DNA from: Oculina patagonica
Taxonomy: Eukaryota
Length of the DNA: 64,000 bases
Direction: 5' to 3'
Assembly: GCF_052425735.1 (NCBI RefSeq)
Contig: NC_135769.1
Location: 26,226,001 to 26,290,000 of the forward strand
The position numbers and the translations under genes are program-made. How positions within the stretch are numbered: the stretch's first letter is position 1; every line of letters starts with the position of its first letter. Of the stretch, positions 59,865-64,000 are shown piece after piece. The notes under the pieces are model-generated. The model ran no database searches. It was not told the DNA's origin and worked only from the letters and a program-made list of their open reading frames with translations.

Positions 59865-62800
59865 TCACAAGATGAAGCATTTGCGTTGTCTTCTCTTCTT
59901 TAGACAGGCTTGTTTTTCTGTTGTCTTTCAAGGTGATGAAGGCAAGACGCGCGAAGATTGGGCGGAAGGGGAGGTCGTTTCCCGCGTGTCCTCTTTCTCC
60001 TTATCATTATCGAGGAGTCCTTTGAAAATCCTCATTGAACAAGAGTTAATTACAGGACCCACGCTTGTCAGAGGTATTTCAGTTTTCTGACTCCATTCAT
60101 TTTTAACTCGGAAAATTCCGAGTTTTGGTGAGTGGGCCCGATTTCACTCCTTCCCTCCTTCACTCCTTCCCTCCTTCACTCGATTCCTGTAAACATTTTA
60201 ATTGAATTAATTAATTAATATCAAATTGAATTAATCAATTAATCTTGTGAAGCGGGTAGGGGGTTGGCTAAAATGCGAACTTTATCCGTGTTACTTTATA
60301 TGAAGTACACAAAGGCTATATATTTGTTTCTGAAAACCAAATGTTCTCCTTGTGGTATGCATTCTTCCAGGCGTAGACCCAAGCACACGGAATTTTGTGC
60401 TGAACGCATGCGCATATATGAAGTACACAAAGACGATATATTTTCACCAAATCTTACTGAGAACTGGTTAAAATTCAACAAAATTTGGGGTTCGATTTAT
60501 CGCCGAGTATTTCCGAAAAAAAATTAGATGGTACTAGAAAAGAGTGCAATTTGAATGAAATAATCATCTATAAGCCGAGCGGTCATCAACAAACGAAAAT
60601 TAACAAGCGTTTGTATTTATTCTTGGTCATTACCTTTTATTTTAGTGGCGGCTCCTTAAAAGCCATTTGGTTTAATGAAGCAACGTTAGGAATGAAGTTT
60701 TTATTCGTCTTTTCTTCGCTATTTAGGCTGGAACTCGTCCTCCACCAGCTCGCACTGGAATATTATTTGTTTTGTTTGCGTATGAGATCGTCTTTTGAAC
60801 TGACGAGGGAATTCGAAATCCCGCATGTCGTAAACAATGTCCTCGCAATCTCTTCTACAATAATTATTTCTGCCTGAGACTGTTTCTGTTCCTTTCCTTC
60901 GGTTCCTTTCTTTAAGTTTAGTTAATTTGCAGAGTCACTGCTAACGTGACTTTTCAAGAGAAGAAGGGTCAAGAAGGAATCGATCTATTTGACTAGCTGT
61001 CGCGACACCAAAAACTGGCCAATCAGAAGCGGTCGTTCTCACGCGCTTGGTAAACATTGTAACACGATCTGACAGAAATCGGCTGCATGTAATATTTTTG
61101 TTCAAAAGCGAAAACTTAAAAATACCACGACTTCTCTGCTAAAAGAAACCACTTCAGAAGAGTTTGATTGAATTGAGGATACTCGACAAAAACTGGTAAC
61201 AGCACATGTTTCGTTTTGGTGACATTTAAAGTTCACCCGCTTGACCTGCTTGATCTTTTCGCTGGCGAATTGCGACGAACTGAAGATTCACTGAATCATC
61301 AGGAATCATCCCGTATTCTCTGGCAATTTTGCAGTTGTTCTGAACTGTTTCTACCTCGGCAACAACTTTCAACTTGAACGTTTCGTGATAAAACCAGTAG
61401 CTTTTGGCATGATGATCGATAACTGCTTAATTCTTCTGAAGAATGCGTGATTGTTTGAGATTGGATTCTGAACTCAGGTGAATGTTTTGTCACGCTTGTG
61501 TACGGTTCTATTCAGTAAATTCATTCTTTGTCAGTGATTTGTTGTTTTTCAATTACATAGTTGTAATTTAGCGATATGTTGATTCGCTGCATGTGGACTG
61601 TTTCATAGCTTGAAGGAAAAATTGGGTCTAGCTTATAGCTGAGTGATTTGGGTTTATTTTTTGTCAGTTTAACTGGTTCCAAAAACTAAAAGTCTAGGGT
61701 TTCGGCTAATAGCCGAATAAATACGGTACATGCATGCTTTACTACCAGCCGAAATATTGTATTAATGTCAGTTTTCTTGAAATAGACCAAAACTTATTTT
61801 TTCTAATGATATTATTATTTTGCCTAACCTTCAAAAACAAAAAGGAAAAATAAAAAGAAAGAAAACAATTTGCAACCGATGGGAACTCTATCACTTGCCC
61901 TTTCGGCCTGCTCTCGATGAGCAGCTAGATGACAATGAAACTAAGTGAAGTGAACTGAATTGTGGAAAGTTAAGCATCATTTGTTTTAGCAAATCTCTAT
62001 TTGTCAGTTTGTTGTTTTCGATTCTTGTTTCATAATAAATTTTCCGAGTTTAGTGGCTCGTAGCCACTTTGAATAGTTATTGTCAGAGTCATAGCATTTG
62101 AGCTCTCTCCGGTACGCAACTGGTCGGCTGACCCAAAAAATGTTTGCCCCTTTGACCAGAACATACAGCCTGTTACCAACTGAAAGGAGTTTGGGAATCG
62201 ACCAAGAATATAAGCCAAACTTTGAAGTAAGCTGCCACTCATTTGTTGTTTCAATGAACACTTCACATCGCCAGGCTTCAGGCAAGCTTCCCGTGAGATT
62301 AGCGCCATCAGCAATGAAAATTTTCCGTTTGCCACAGTACCGATAGCAGAGCTCCTTGCGATTTGAATATCAGCTACTTTGTCCCACTTGTTTTTGCGAA
62401 GGTCATACCTGACAACATCTGTAAGGTAAGTGTGACGCGCGCCTTTCTACACCACCAATCAAATAAATAAAATTGTCCTTGGCTACAATGCAGACATCTT
62501 GCCTTAAATTCATGTGATCAAATGATGTTATGTCTTCCCAAGAGTTTAATTCGGGTTTGTACTTCGTGATAAAGGAAACATGTTTTTCCTTTTCACAGAA
62601 CTGTATTTCTGTGTCGGGAGTGTTGCACATGCCCGGTCGCAGTCCATGTACTCACACGGTTCAGATACCAAAGCGTACATTTCATCTTCATTTGCAACAA
62701 ATATTTGCTTTAAGTCTCTGTCCTCTTTGCATGGTAATGACATCCAGTTGTTAGTGTATAGATTATAACTAACTATTTGGCATCGGTGGCACCGAGATGC

Positions 62801-63839
62801 AGTCTGTTTACCGTAGATTTTACTGTGACAAGGGGTAAAATTACTATCCACAAAAGAAAATGGCATCTTGCCTAAACTGCACCACTGGTCCTCACAAAGA
62901 GAATAGCACTGAATTTGATGACCCTTTAATGGACTACAGGCCACTATAACAGTGATCTCAAGCCACTTTCTAGGGGTGACATGGAGATTGTCGTAGTTTT
63001 TAGACTCAATCAATCTTATAGCTTCCTCCACAAGATTCAAACAGTCCTCATTGTCATTCACAAGGTCATTTGTCGCGATATAACTGCGTAAAACTGAAGT
63101 CAAGCGATAAACCAATCGTACTTGACGAAATAACTCAGGGAAAAATTCCTTTCGCTTACTTTTGTCATGATCAATCCATGCTAGAATGATGTTGAACACA
63201 TCTGCTTCGGCGGTAACATTTATTTCATCACTTGAAATCCACATTTGGACTTCTTTATACTCGACATATTAAAGACCTGTTCGCGGTTGGCTTCGTATAA
63301 AGTGGTGAAATTTGCAAGGATGAATTGTTTGGTCTTTATAAAGTGGTGAAATTTGCAAGGATGAATTGTTTGGTCTTTGAAACAAGTTCTTCGCATTGAT
63401 ATCTTTCGGAAAAGTGGTAAGTGGAAATACAATTTGAAATGTTCAATTTCTGTAGCAAAACTTTCTCAGCGATATTTTTTAAGTTTAGAAGGAATAAATA
63501 ATCCGCTACAATAATCAGGTCTTGGGCACTGTCTTCAGTCAATATCTGAACATTACCGGTGTATATAAACTCCAGTGTATTTCCCAAAACAGACTCGGAA
63601 AACATCTCCAGCCGAATAACTCCTTCTTTAGATTCTTTCATGTCGCTGCTCAGCAGCTTTTCGAAGAATGGACTTGCCTCTGAAAGAACTTGCCTGTGAG
63701 CTTTGATTTTTTTGCCATCTTCGACTACCAAAATAACGTCGCATGGCTGATCAAGTGTGTCTTTCGGCATAAAGACTTCACTGAAAACGTCTTTACTTGG
63801 AAAAGCATGCTCCGTAGCAGAATGAAACAAAGTTGGCAT
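59865..63839 (-). pseudogene. K9: KLHL pseudogene with 41-bp tandem duplication, several frameshifts and a 2-kb insertion; ends KKRRQRKCFIL
   Basis: Fragments in ORFs 63336-63839, 62546-63244, 62403-62630 and 62004-62285; duplication at ~63296-63377; C-terminus at 59865-60104. Confidence 0.9.
60105..62079 (+). mobile_element. Helentron-like (HINE/DINE-1-type) non-autonomous rolling-circle element
   Basis: Asymmetric subterminal IRs AACTCGGAAAATT (60105-60117) / AATTTTCCGAGTT (62038-62050); 3' stem-loop AGTGGCT-cgt-AGCCACT (62052-62068); inserted in a T run; short tandem repeat near the 5' end. Confidence 0.75.
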
Positions 63840-64000
63840 CTTTATGCCAAAATGATCTTTGCTCTCAAGTCAAAATGATCTGTGCTCACGCGTGCACATT
63901 GGAACTGGATCTGTCATCATGAACGTTGGTCATGCTCGGTCAGGCGCTTATATATCGACTAGATACTTTTAAATAGCGTCAGATGTTTAAACCTGGATAG

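Overview
Eukaryotic, AT-rich, transposon-dense DNA. The repeat and gene content suggest a cnidarian, probably a stony coral (inference). The window is a tandem/inverted array of nine intronless BTB-BACK-Kelch (KLHL-type, putative Cullin-3 adaptor) paralogues, labelled here K1 7204+, K2 ~10728+, K3 17557+, K4 25925+, K5 38896-, K6 ~39436+, K7 45784+, K8 57557-, K9 63839-. K3 and K7 are fully intact. K1 and K4 have intact domains but altered C-termini. The other five are pseudogenes. The paralogues share a conserved framework with length- and sequence-hypervariable Kelch loops, a 26-aa (78-bp) C-terminal linker repeat present in 1-9 copies, and a polybasic CaaL (CFIL/CLIL) prenylation-type tail. 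Together these suggest a rapidly diversifying family of membrane-anchored ubiquitin-ligase receptors. A frameshifted intronless TRIM-NHL gene lies between the inverted K4 and K5 units. Mobile elements include a rearranged Gypsy LTR element, a CR1/L2-group LINE, a decayed DIRS/Ngaro-like element, a Helentron-like element, nested Crypton-like elements, a P/Galileo-like foldback inside a hAT-like element, and many MITEs. Coordinates were read by eye and may be off by a few bases.
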